Notes: a model not told the origin generated them from the sequence alone. A stretch of DNA of 64,000 bases from Octopus bimaculoides (GCF_001194135.2 NC_068983.1:92951862-93015861), one strand, 5' to 3'; positions 52,101 to 61,775 are shown, counted from the first letter of the stretch. A program made the numbers and translations.

Positions 52101-54645
52101 CTTTTCATGCTCACATTTTTCCATGTAATTATAACATACCTGGCACTATAAGTCTACACAACTCACATTCCATCCAGCAGTAATGCATTACTGCCACACA
52201 CACCAGATATGATATAGAATAACTGTCTGATATTGCAACCCATAACACATATTCACCACCTGACAAGATACTACAAAAACTGCATGTTCTTTACACAACA
52301 GAGGAAACAGTAAAATAGCACCAAAAAGAATAAATCAAACTCTATAGAAAAGGAAAAACAGATACAATGTACTAAGATGGGGGTCTACAATCTGAAAAAC
52401 ATAAGGCTGCACATGCCTTGGACCTGGTGATGAAGCAGGAACTCACATGAAACTGTCAAAATAATGTTCATCAACAAAGGCACAAGGCCACAGATTTGTA
52501 GGGGTCATATAGTTATGTACACTCAGTATGTAACTGATACTTTTTTTTATTGATGTCTAAAGGATGAAAAATGAAGTCAATGCTAGTGGGATTAATAGTC
52601 ATTTACTAAAGAGGTGTAGCTAAATATCACAAGGAATTCTGTCTGTCATATAACAATAATAAATATATTACTTACTAAAAATCTCAACCTTGATATAATC
52701 TTTTGTACCAACACAGTGAATCATGACACCATCTCGGGCAGTAGTTTTGAACTGGAACCAAATATCTCCTGAACTCTTTGCATCAAAGGTGTTTAGTTTA
52801 ATGATAGCATCAGCCTTGCGGAAAGTTATCACATTATCAAATAAGTCTGTAGATTAAAAGCAATAAAACTTTAACATCTCATCATCATGAAAAACAACCA
52901 AATGGAAATCTATATCAAAGAAAACATTTTCACATAAAAAGAAAGCTATCAACAATTTATGTAACAGTTTTAGATAAATGTATGAAAGAATGTACATCCT
53001 GATGATACTAGTTGAATGATAATTCAGCAAGGAGGCATTGAACTTGGTGTGTAAAATAGGAGCCAATATAATGTAAATATTTCTTAAACCCCAAGGAACT
53101 TAACTGCCAGTGCCTTTCACCAATTTCATGGTGTGAATAGGTTAGAATGTTGATTTATTTCAAGTAACATTCCAAATATGATCTGGTACTTTTCTCTAAC
53201 ATCTTAACTCCTAAATTCCTGACATACTTTCTTTATATAAATCTACTAATCCTGTTAGAAACTAGAAATTTTGATGAAATGCAGTTAGTCCAGGATAAAA
53301 ATCAATAAAATGTAACTACTGCATGAATCTGGATGAAAATTTTTGTTTCTCTTAGTTAGCTTTTATTAGTGAACAATATCAAACCTTATTTTAGCAATGA
53401 TCTCAAAGAACCACTGTTTCAGAATAATGATAATAAACAATATATTATTTGTACTTTCTATATTAGTCAGACTGGTATCCTCATTCTGATTGTTACTTTC
53501 GTTATGTTTTAGCTGTTGCATGTTCTTTGGGTATCTTGTGTTGAACTTGGTTGTTGTATTGGAATTTTGAACCTAACCCTTTATTTGTTCTCATTCCACT
53601 CTCTGCATTCTATGACATTTTTTTGCTTCAATTGAATTATCTGAATTATATGAGTGCCTTGCCTGGGATTGAACTCAGAACCTCTAGATGACTGTACTGC
53701 ATTAACCAATGTCTTTATCTACAAGTAGATAAAGACCTTGAGTTTCTGAGTTCAGTCTTAGGCAAGACACTAAAGTCATTCACATAACTCAGCTGAAGGA
53801 AAAAAAAAGTCTACCTCTGTAGATGAAATTTAGTGCTAGGTTCAAAATTCCAATACAACACAACCAAGTTCAATATAAGAACTCTGAAGAAGGCTGGAAC
53901 ATAGTGAAGGTAACAATCGAAATGAGGACACCAATCTAACTAATATAATTGACACTCTGTTGGTTACGACGATGAGGGTTCCAGTTGATCTGATCAACAG
54001 AACAGCCTGCTCATGAAATTAACATGCAAATGGCTGAGCACTCCACGGACACATGTACCCTTAACATAGTTCTTAGGGAGATTCAGCATGATACAGAATG
54101 TGACAAGGTAGTAATCATTTTTGCCAGCTGAGTGGACTGGAGCAATGTGAAATAAAGTGTCTTGTTCAAGGACACAACACATCGCCAGGAATTGAACTCA
54201 TGATCTTATGATCATTAGCTGAATACCCTAACCACTAAGCCATGCACCTAATATAAATAGTATACATAATATCAAAAAATTTGTTTTTAAAGTTTAAGCT
54301 AAAATGGTGAAATTTATAGTGAAGTACAAAATTAATGTCACTTACTGTCACCCTCGCACATAAGTTTTCCAAGTTGATGTTTGCCAAATTTATTGTCAGT
54401 CACAGTACCAGTGTCACCAAAATGCAATTCAAGAACAGGCAGGTAGTCTTTGTGTTCAAGGTATCCAGAGTCTGTTTGGTCTGCTAAATTGGAGTCACAG
54501 TTGCAAGTAGTACTTTTACCAGCACAGCCATTGACAACAAGCCCACAGTTACACTTTCTGGAACCTGGTGCAGCTTTACCCCAATAATACATTGGTTGGT
54601 AAGTTCTGCCAACCCACCATCCATATGTCTCATGGACACCATCCT
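22003..54645 (-). CDS. Nrx-IV: Neurexin IV / contactin-associated protein (Caspr/CNTNAP)-like gene, partial: 8 internal exons encoding fibrinogen-like module, LamG, EGF, LamG
   Basis: Eight minus-strand exons with AG/GT boundaries and compatible phases join into a stop-free ~453 aa frame. Domain order and motifs (WWVG..YYWG..CNCD..LPV..FGDTG..LGKLMCEGD; DNVITFRKADA; LNDDRWHTVHVERNRK; GFVGCIRGL; CMSNPCFNGGTC; FDVGF; VDNYEP; MYIGRN) match my recollection of the C-terminal half of Drosophila Neurexin IV and vertebrate Caspr. No database search was run. Confidence 0.9.
23620..23900 (-). mobile_element. SINE copy plus partial copy of the AAT-tailed family with (AAT)n/(AAC)n
   Basis: GGCACAAGGCC...AAAGGATGAAAGGTAAAGTTGACCTC...GCCAGCTTGCTGCC followed by a second partial copy. 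Confidence 0.7.
25153..25292 (-). CDS. Nrx-IV: Nrx-IV-like exon (140 nt), laminin-G
   Basis: Acceptor tatcttacag|GT, donor CAG|gtcggt. Translation GGVKMAFDVGFGRDELNTKNQDIDYTNNQQHVVSIKISNRGRHIRMQ; phase 1-0. Confidence 0.88.
25607..25994 (+). mobile_element. LTR-like segment (~360 bp) followed by a tRNA-Trp primer-binding site
   Basis: Starts TGTAGT (25607), contains AATAAA (~25855) and ends CCTATA (degenerate inverse of TGTAGT). It is followed at 25968 by TGGTGACCCCGACGTGAT, the reverse complement of the CCA-bearing 3' end of eukaryotic tRNA-Trp. No 3' LTR or pol was found. Confidence 0.6.
26540..27420. repeat. Unclassified CpG-rich repeat-like segment spanning a gap
   Basis: CpG-dense relative to flanks (TTCGCACGGTCG, CGACGTCGCC, GCGCCGACG) with no coherent ORF; the gap suggests a repeat. 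Family not identified. Confidence 0.35.
26981..27084. other. Assembly gap (104 N)
   Basis: Run of N. Confidence 1.
27470..27621. mobile_element. Terminal fragment of the same piggyBac-like family (best end)
   Basis: Ends ...AAATGCTAAAGGG|TTAA (TTAA at 27618-27621), the AGGG-TTAA terminus typical of piggyBac-superfamily elements. Confidence 0.6.
30538..30723 (-). CDS. Nrx-IV: Nrx-IV-like exon (186 nt), start of last laminin-G domain
   Basis: Acceptor tgttacag|AG, donor CAC G|gtaaat. Translation EVGANMLPNYMITYKFDESQGLSASDFNTATIGFSTAKKQGILMQIRNEENTEYISVEINNH; phase 1-1. Confidence 0.9.
32555..33730. repeat. ~339-bp tandem unit: two forward copies followed by two inverted copies (imperfect 1.15-kb palindrome)
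   Basis: Forward units start at 32595 (TCTTTATGTCCAACTTAA) and 32934 (TCTTTATACCCAACTTAA). Reverse units end at ~33397 and ~33728 (TTAAATTAGACATAAAGA). Orientation flips at ~33123-33125. Confidence 0.85.
34835..34991. mobile_element. Terminal fragment of the same piggyBac-like family
   Basis: AATGCATTATCTCATAGCTTTGAGAT...TTTTTAGAATGACATT...AAATGCTAAATGGTTAA. Confidence 0.55.
35110..35348 (+). mobile_element. RTE 3'-tail-derived fragment or SINE ending ~33 nt from the EGF exon donor
   Basis: TTAGGAAGGGCATCCAGCC...CAACCCATGCCAGCAT..(GAT)5. Confidence 0.8.
35382..35501 (-). CDS. Nrx-IV: Nrx-IV-like exon (120 nt), EGF-like domain
   Basis: Acceptor ctttttcag|GC, donor AGA G|gtaag. Translation GCVGKCMSNPCFNGGTCYEGYSHYTCDCSYTPFRGWMCGR with EGF-type cysteine spacing; phase 1-1. 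Confidence 0.94.
39616..39738 (-). CDS. Nrx-IV: Nrx-IV-like exon (123 nt), end of laminin-G domain
   Basis: Acceptor ttttaactag|GA, donor GAA G|gtttgt. Translation GAAVGYHSGFVGCIRGLMVNGAIMDLRGMVARGEITYGVSE; phase 1-1. Not in the ORF track. Confidence 0.9.
40080..40260 (-). mobile_element. RTE 3'-tail-derived fragment or SINE
   Basis: (CAT)n-TTAAC...GGCTGGATGCCCTTCCTAA on the plus strand is the reverse complement of the RTE tail. Confidence 0.8.
40502..40870 (-). mobile_element. 3' RT fragment of a second, BovB-like RTE family
   Basis: Minus strand reads MWFLRRILKIA*TDKVSNEEV and, after a frameshift, IRAKQLRFLGHVMRKEGLENLVLT...REMWLDMIAYV. Confidence 0.75.
42498..42840 (-). mobile_element. 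RTE 3'-tail-derived fragment or SINE
   Basis: (CAT)n-TTAACGTC..CCATGCTGGCATGGGTTGG...GGCTGGATGCCCTTCCTAATGCCAACC. Confidence 0.8.
43542..43763 (-). CDS. Nrx-IV: Nrx-IV-like exon (222 nt), laminin-G core
   Basis: Acceptor caattag|AT, donor GTT G|gtaagt. Translation NGNTVKFQFNAGDGERVLEAKTSAGLNDDRWHTVHVERNRKQAWLKLD...LDLTSALIV; phase 1-1. Overlaps ORF 43528..43752. Confidence 0.93.
47301..47580. repeat. Degenerate ~24-bp minisatellite (TGAGCCAA..AAGGAAGCCTCCAT-like)
   Basis: Unit starts at 47301, 47325, 47349, 47373 and onward; degenerates toward 47580. Confidence 0.65.
48351..50008 (-). mobile_element. RTE-clade LINE copy 3, 5'-truncated in RT, spanning a 978-N gap
   Basis: (CAT)n tail and minisatellite units lie left of the gap. 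To the right is KTGCPWELLYADDL...KTKIL...WPCSVC...HKRC...CGRC. The gap length is similar to the sequence missing relative to copy 2. Confidence 0.92.
48668..49645. other. Assembly gap (978 N)
   Basis: Run of N. Confidence 1.
50482..50705 (+). mobile_element. SINE (GAGCTGG head family) with internal duplication and templated insert
   Basis: GCAGTATTTCGTCTGTC...GAGTTCAAATT.CACCGAGGT occurs twice. The spacer contains TTTGACAAAATTTTGTATTTTAGAAG, also present ~210 nt downstream near 50816. Confidence 0.75.
51585..52132. mobile_element. MITE/foldback-like element with 78-bp inverted repeats
   Basis: Arms 51697-51774 and 51983-52060 are reverse complements with about five mismatches. An outer TTACATGGAAAAA / TTTTTCCATGTAA pair and internal CCTGGAAAA repeats are also present. 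Confidence 0.75.
52676..52846 (-). CDS. Nrx-IV: Nrx-IV-like exon (171 nt), start of laminin-G domain
   Basis: Acceptor atctacag|AC, donor TTT A|gtaagt. Translation NLFDNVITFRKADAIIKLNTFDAKSSGDIWFQFKTTARDGVMIHCVGTKDYIKVEIF; phase 1-1. Not in the supplied ORF track. Confidence 0.92.
53459..53947. repeat. ~490-bp imperfect palindrome (fold-back), possibly inverted Penelope-like terminal repeats
   Basis: Perfect central stem GTCTTTATCTAC-AA-GTAGATAAAGAC (53711-53736). Nested arm pairs include GCCTGGGATTGAACTCAGAA/TTCTGAGTTCAGTCTTAGGC, TTGTATTGGAATTTTGAACCTA/TAGGTTCAAAATTCCAATACAA and outer GTCAGACTGG/CCAATCTAAC. Confidence 0.8.
53953..54250 (-). mobile_element. tRNA-derived SINE, near full length, sense to the gene
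   Basis: Minus-strand head GCATGGCTTAGTGGTTAGGG (A box) and GAGTTCAATTCC (B box). The 3' part TTGATCAGATCAACTGGAACC is shared with the copy at ~46820-46960. Confidence 0.75.
54346..54645 (-). CDS. Nrx-IV: Nrx-IV-like exon (300 nt), Cys-rich fibrinogen-like module
   Basis: Acceptor ttgcag|AG, donor GAC A|gtaagt. Translation DGVHETYGWWVGRTYQPMYYWGKAAPGSRKCNCG...CNCDS...LGKLMCEGD; phase 1-1. Overlaps ORF 54338..54667. Confidence 0.93.
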
Positions 54646-54836
54646 CTGCAAGACAAATTGCAAACAAAAATGAATAAATGTTTTTGACTGAAAATAAAAT
54701 GATACAACATATATATATTAAACTGCATATGAAACACTGACTAAAATACTCACTAGAATGAGTCTATAACTAAGAATAGGTACCATCTATAACAAACTAG
54801 ACATCTTTTGTAGAGCAGAGAAAGGGAAGAGAGAGA

Positions 54837-54867
<31 letters not shown>

Positions 54868-56566
54868 TGGGGGAGAGAGGGAAAGAGATGGAAGAAAAGA
54901 AAAAATACCAAACAAATTGGGACTAAAAAGTGTCAAACATTCTATATATATAATTGAAACCCAAGAATACTAAAGCCTCTAATTATGAAGATCAAATAGA
55001 AATCTTAAAGATAATTGGGTTAAAATTAGCACAAACACTCATTGCTTATAAACAGAGAGAGGGAGAGAGTGAAAGTGAGAAAGAGGGATCATTCATATGT
55101 GTGTGTGTGTGTGTGCAACAGAAATATCATTATGTATTTTACATATATTGAAGAGCAATTCTATAAAGGATTTAGCAAATTCTTTTATGGCGATTCTGGT
55201 AAATTTACCAATTATTCATAAACTATCAAAATGATATTGATGTATTTCAGTTTTCATCCATTTAATACAGAAAAATCAAACACTTCAATATGTGCAATTA
55301 TCTAACATTCAATGTTGTCATTTTAGCTGTAATTTACAAGAATATATATACTTCATCTACCTTGCTATTTAGCACAGCAAGATCAACAGTTGTTTGCAAT
55401 AATTCAGCTAATATAACGCATGTGCCTGACAGCCTTGTCTTCACATATAACACACCCACACAGACATAAATATAAACACACATGCATACAAGCATACATG
55501 TACACATCTATACATATATATATACATAATGATAATGTAGTAGGATCAGGTGAGTGATTGTGGTAAAAAGGCAGTTGGTTAGTCTCCAGTATAAACATGG
55601 TTTGTGTAGAAAATACAGACTGCTCAATAACTGATGCATCAAATACAGTCTGTCCCACATTTATATTAGATAGAAAATTCCTATAAGATGATAGATGCTA
55701 TACAACTTTATTTTGAAAGCAACAAACATTGCTTATAATGTGATAATCAAACCTACAAATAAAAGGCATGGAAGTCAAGGGCTACAGCTGATTCAAAAGC
55801 ACATTGGGTTCATCCTACATATCATAAGTATCTTGTAGCCATCAGGTGTACGTTTTCATTAGGTTCACATTCAACTGTTTAGTTGAAAATAGTCTGCCAC
55901 AATGGTGAATGAAAAAGAAAGCTGGGCTAGCAGAAAGAATAAAAAATGTGTGAGTGGATATTGGACCCAGTAAAGAACTGATGGTATCCCCTAATCACTG
56001 ATTACTTTAGTGAAATAAATAGGGGTGTGGTTTCATTTTGTTATCAGCATACTCAAGCTATTGTAATGGCTGCAGTAGGTTATAATTCCAATGTATATGT
56101 GGTATCAATAACGGGCAGCCAGTGCACCAAAAGCTGGGATGTTTATTGCTTAGGATAGATAAATATAAGTAAGAAAAGCTCATATGGGGAAAAGCATAGA
56201 AGGTGAAAAAGAAAAAAAAAAACTGGACAAGTAAGGTGATGGTAGTAGATTACTTGTATGCATACACACATGAAAACACTAGTCCACACACATGCATGCA
56301 CACACAAAAGACTATGTAGACTTGCACATATGAAACATATCAGTATATATATATAAAAGTTAGGGTACCAGAATACCACTTGCTAGAAATAGAAATAGGA
56401 GTTAACACTCCAAAACCACAAATTTCTCAGTATTAAGAAACGTACACACACATATACATGCACATATTGTACATGTGTGTGTTTGTGTGTGAATATACAT
56501 ACACATGAATAGCATAGATAGATACAAATGCACTATGTATTCTTAAGTTAATATTATCTCCACCTA

Positions 56567-56775
56567 AAGGCGGTGAGCTGGCAGAATTGTTAGCATACTG
56601 GGCAAAATGCTCAGCAGTATTTTGTCCATCTTTATGATCTGAGTTCAAATTCTGCCAAGGTTAACATTGCCTTTCATCCTTTTTGATGTCAACAGAATAA
56701 GTATCAGTGGAACACTGGGGATGATGTAATCAGCTTATCCTCTTCCCCAAAATTGCTGGCCTTGTGCCAAAATTT
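56567..56775 (+). mobile_element. SINE (GGCGGTGAGCTGG head family)
   Basis: GGCGGTGAGCTGGCAGAATTGTTAGC...GAGTTCAAATTCTGCC...CTTGTGCCAAAATTTG. Confidence 0.8.
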
Positions 56776-57106
56776 GGAATCAATATTATCTCCACCTCCA
56801 TATGAAAAAGAAAGATATCCTCAAGAATCAAAAATCCTCCAAAGCTGAAGTGCCATTAAAGAAAAGGAGAGACTTATTGTCTGAAGATAAGAGAATTGTT
56901 GACAAGTGTTTCTGCATCAATAGGCAACACCAGCACAGCTATCCTCTTTATTTCCAGTAGTCAAGAGATATAGACATCTATAAAGAAGAAAAAAATAAAA
57001 TACTTATGACTTAGGTAATTTGCATAATTTAAATAAAAATGAGCCAAGGGAAATGACTCAGAGTTGCCGGTGACATATATTTGAACAATATATACATATG
57101 TGCACA

Positions 57107-57148
<42 letters not shown>

Positions 57149-57199
57149 AATATGCCCATATACATGTGTGGAGCACGTCTATATATAGATGACCCTCTT

Positions 57200-57515
57200 T
57201 GGCCATGAATGATCATGGGATTTCGCCTAGAAAGTTCCTCACCGAGGTACAAATCCAGACAAAGTTATTTATGGAAGACCAGCACTCACCATTGCATACC
57301 AGCCTCCCTTCTCTATGCAACTAATGCTATCCAGGGGAAAGGCAAAAGCCTATACAGCTTGGCACCAATGATGTCACAACTCATTTCTACAGCTGAGTGA
57401 ACTGGAGCAACATGAAATAAAATGTCTTGCTCAAGAACACAACACACATCCTGGTCTGGGAATCAAACTCATGATTGTGAGCCCAGTGCTCTAACCACTG
57501 AACCATGCACCTTTA
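57200..57515 (-). mobile_element. tRNA-derived SINE
   Basis: Minus-strand head GCATGGTTCAGTGGTTAGAG..GAGTTTGATTCCC; shares CAGCTGAGTG.ACTGGAGCAA..TGAAATAAA.TGTCTTG with the copy at 53953. Confidence 0.65.
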
Positions 57516-57547
57516 CCTGTATGTGTGTGTGTGTATATATACATATA

Positions 57548-57580
57548 TTAGCAAACGCACCCATCCTTTGGATGGTTTAA
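57548..57580 (-). mobile_element. Putative Helitron 3' terminus
   Basis: On the minus strand, the hairpin CCATCC-AAA-GGATGG is followed ~9 nt later by CTAA|T, fitting the CTRR-T rule. The 5' extent of the element was not determined. Confidence 0.45.
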
Positions 57581-58369
57581 GTTGCTTTGATGGTATTTTT
57601 TCACCAAATAATTGAACTACCGACAAGAGTTATGAATAGTATGGCAATCTATATTTCCGATTAGCCTAGGAATGGAAAATCGAATTGAAGGCTGGTTAAT
57701 GTGGAGGTCATTGTACTTTAACGATCATAGAACAAGTCCGCAAGTGATGCAAAGCAGAGCTACTGAAGTGTTTGGGGAATAGATTATGGATAATGACTAC
57801 AAAATATAGTTGTTTTACATGAAAGTGAAATATCCTGTTAGTATCAACCGCACAAATGGTGTAATGAAATTGAAGGAAGACATTGTAACTTCCCCTCTGC
57901 AAGTTTATTTTTTCCAGCAGCAAAGGGAGTTATTTTTTGGAGAGATAAGCTAACAAAAGCCCCTTTATTCTGTCTTCCCACATAGCCTGCATATAAATTA
58001 ACAGCAAATGTTGCATAAAGTTAAATTGGTATGGAGCTTTTTGAAAGATACATATAGCTTTTGCTAGTGGAAGCAAAACTCTTATTTAAAGATTGATTCT
58101 TTGGGATGAATCATATGTGATTGTTTAAAAAAGTCGAGAACAACAATGCTAAAAAGTATTTGAAACAATAGACAACAGTCGAAATCTCATAATGGCTGGG
58201 TAAATAAGCATCCTTAAAGTGAAACAATGCATTAGTAGGTAAATAAAGGTATGAACAAGTAGAAGAGAGACAATGGAACATCACCTTTCAAGTAACTCAG
58301 AATAGGTAAAGGTAAGCTTGCCAAAGTTTAATGCAGTTTAAATATGGAGATTAAAATTGTTTGGTATTG

Positions 58370-58665
58370 GATAGCACCATTTGAGCATGATTGTTACCAG
58401 CGTCATCTTACTGGCATGTGAAAAAACATGCTGCTGAACTGGCTCCTGTGCATGTGGCATGTAAAACACCATTTTGAGTGTGACCGTTGCCAGTACCGCC
58501 TGACTGGCTCTTGTGCCGGTGGCAGGTAAAAGCACCCACTACACTCTCAGAGCGGTTGGCGTTAGGAAGGGCATCCAGCTGTAGAAGCTCTGCCAGATCA
58601 GATTGGAGCCTGGTACAGCCATCTGGTTCACCAGTCCTCAGTCAAATTGTCCAACCCATGCTAGC
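58370..58665 (+). mobile_element. RTE 3' UTR fragment with minisatellite units
   Basis: GCACCATTTGAGC..., GTGGCATGTAAAACACCATTTTGAG..., then GGTTGGCGTTAGGAAGGGCATCCAGCTGTAGAA and CCCATGCTAGC. Confidence 0.85.
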
Positions 58666-59000
58666 AATTTAATCACCATGGCAAGTGGACAGTAGAAATA
58701 AATAGACAAAATCCTTTCACTTTTATTAAAAAAAAGATTATAAAAGTATGGAAGACCCTACATACAAAAAAACTATGCCCATTTAGGTCCATTTACGCTG
58801 GAGCTCTGGTCAAAATGTTTAGTGCATGATCATCCTTGGGACATAAGTAATGTGTGTAAAGTTTGGTGAAAATTGGTTGAGAATTGTGGAAATGTATGCA
58901 TTAGTCATTATACACACACAAACTATGATTTATATATACTAGATATGTACACACGTATATATACAAGCATATATGCATCTACTCACACACACATGTACAC

Positions 59001-59160
59001 AGGCGCAGGAGTGGCTGTGTGGTAAGTAGCTTGCTTACCAACCACATGGCTCCGGGTTCAGTCCCACTGCGTGGCACCTTGGATGTCTTCTACTATAGCC
59101 TCGGGCCGACCAAAGCCTTGTGAGTGGATTTGGTAGATGGAAACTGAAAGAAGCCCGTCG
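59001..59160 (+). mobile_element. tRNA-derived SINE (GGCGCAGGAGTGGCTGTGTGGTAAG head)
   Basis: A-box-like TGGCTGTGTGG and B-box GGTTCAGTCCC; a minus-strand relative lies at ~31080-31190. Confidence 0.7.
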
Positions 59161-59164
59161 AACT

Positions 59165-59345
59165 CAATAGTAAACCTCATCCTGATGGTTGCATCTCTGT
59201 ACATGGCCTCAATGGTTCGAACAAATCAATCATCTATACCTAGTTTCTTTAAAGTCTACCAGACAACAAATCATAGTATCTTGTTGAAGCCTTTCTGTAG
59301 GTCAATGAAGGTTATGTTTATTGAATTATTCTTAAGCATGAAATT
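59165..59345 (-). mobile_element. Small internal RT fragment of the RTE family
   Basis: Minus strand reads FIDLQKGFNKI...TLKKLGID..FVRTIEAMYRDAT, homologous to copy 2 around 5760-5890. Confidence 0.7.
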
Positions 59346-61059
59346 CACCTCAGTAGTCACATTATGAAGAGGGAAACGGTGGAACTATGCCCTAACAGAA
59401 ACCAAACTGCATGTCACATACATCAATTCTCTGATACACACACACACACTGTACATACATGTATAAATATACACCCATTCAAACCCACATACAAGCACAA
59501 TAATTCTCTCTCTCTCATATACATACATATATATATATATTATCCATGTTAGCATGAAAAAATGAATGTGATAAACAAATATACACATTCAGTATTATAA
59601 TGGAACAAGAAATTAATTCTGTGTTATTAGGAAAAAAAAAGCATTAATAATAATATCTATTAAAATTTATTTTCATCATACTCTTATGTTTTTTAATGCC
59701 ATCAGTTCTCCTAAAAAGAAATACCCAATAAATTCAAAAATCATGTAATGTTTTTTTTAAACCAATGGAATAATTATACTAGTCATAATAGAGTTAAACC
59801 CCACTCCCTTTTATGCTAACCCTAGGAAATGTGTACATAAATCTAAGTTAACATAGGAAAGCATGCTCACATAGAAAATATTAGAAAGAGAGCAAAAATA
59901 ATGTAAATAGAAACCATTTTTTAAAAATATTTTCAGCATTTTCTGAGTTTTATAAATTTTAGGGAAAATCTACATTAGATTTCAAAATTATGAGGAAAAA
60001 ATATACTTTAGGAATGCAGAAATTAAATAAATTTAGTATTAATTCATAAATAAGAATCTAAAAGTCATATTTTATTTTTGGTTAAATTTATCTGTAGAAA
60101 GGAAAATACCAAAAAAAAAAAAAGAACAATCATAAGATAAAACAAAATCTGTCTTATATTTTTTTTTGAGAATTAAAATGGTTATGTGTTGATAGAGATA
60201 AATTTCTATACAAGGATCAGTGGTTAACTGGGAATGCAACAAAGGAGCCTGAAATAGAAAAGTTTTACAATGCTTTTACAATTGGTTGCATTTTTGTAAA
60301 ATGCATGCATGCTCATAAAAGTAGGTGAAATCAGAACTAGAATAAGAAAAACTCCACTTAAAACTGCCGAAGGTAGAATTATTTAATGAATAAAACAGAA
60401 AACAGCAAAATCAATATCAACAACAACAACAACAATAATAATAATGTATAAATATAGTATATCTATATAATGTCGGCTTCATAGATTTGCAGTACATCAA
60501 ATTCTATTACAAATTTGAGTAGCATGAAACATTGTACTATTCATGGTTGCCTATTTCGGCATTTAATTACCTACAAGACACGCAGCATTGCTTTGAACGA
60601 AAGAGTAGAGAGAGAGAGAAAAAAAATCAAATGAGATCAAATTGGATCCCTCTAGGTATATATTTTTCTTTGTTACTTTATTCTTCACTAATTTCAGCTC
60701 ATTTTACTATCAGTGACATTATTTTTCACAAGAAATAAAATTAAGGCAAATTCACTGAGACCAAAATTTATTAAAAAAATATAAAAAAATGGGGGTATAT
60801 AAAATGGCAAAATATTCCATGAAAATTTATGCCAAAGGTTAATCAATACTGAAGCTTTGTCTTCTATATTTTGCCAGAGTTTATGCATCTTGAAAACTAT
60901 TTATTTTGCGTTCTATACTTGTAATACAATTTAAAAAAAAAAAATTTTTTGAATAAAAGAAATTTTGGAATAAAAATTTTCAATTCTAAAATTATATTAG
61001 TTGTAATTTTATTTATAGTATCACAAATACATTGCAGTTAATTTTAAAAATATACACAC

Positions 61060-61090
<31 letters not shown>

Positions 61091-61421
61091 GACATACATA
61101 CATGTGTCTAGAGAGAGAGCGCGATGGCTACTTGGAATTTCAAAAATATGATTAGCAGTCTATTTTGCATATTTATATCATTACTTAATGTCCATGTTCC
61201 ATGCTAGTATGGGTTCAATAATATATATATATTATACTAAAACTCAAAGTTTGTCTGTTTTCCTGCCCTTTGATTAAGATGATAAAGATTACAAATAAAA
61301 CAGTCATTGCCCCATTTAAGAAAAAAAAAAAAATCAAGTTGAAAATGTATGGCAACACTTCAAAGAGTCATCGCAGCTACTGCCACCTGGCCTTTTTTCT
61401 TCTCTTAATCATTTCTACAGC

Positions 61422-61775
61422 TTTCATGAAAGAGCACCCTCAATAGTGAGGTTACAAGTTCATCTACAAGATGAACCAAGAATATAGCTCAGAAATAATG
61501 AGGATATGGCTGTCAATGAATGACATATGAGAACAACATTGACAGAATTCTTTTCATTGTGCATCAATGATGACTTTGCAAAAATATTACTTTATGCTGA
61601 AGTACCCATGAATTTCACTTGGAACAGTAGTAACAAACAATGGCAAAGAAAAAGCGAGGAAAAAAAGTTGAAGGCCATCTGAATGTTTTTAAAGAAGAAA
61701 TACTTGGTCATGTTTATGTTATCACACCAAAGGTAGGAGTATTGTATTATTCAAGAATTTTATTGCATGAAGTTT
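61422..61775 (+). pseudogene. Helitron Rep/helicase coding remnant
   Basis: FHERAPSIVRLQVHLQDEPRI*...RTTLTEFFSLCINDDFAKILLYAEVPMNFTWN..KQWQRK and, after a frameshift, EILGHVYVITP..LYYSRILLHEV. This matches the conserved linker between the Helitron Rep and helicase domains; stops are present. Confidence 0.85.

Noticed and set aside
53953-54250. SINE heads with A and B boxes as tRNA genes (also 2557, 57200, 59001)
   Set aside because: No complete cloverleaf, and each continues into a dispersed repeat body.
57708-58000. Open frame FAVNLYAGYVGRQNKG... as a coding remnant
   Set aside because: I could not assign it to any protein family; it is short and ends in a stop.
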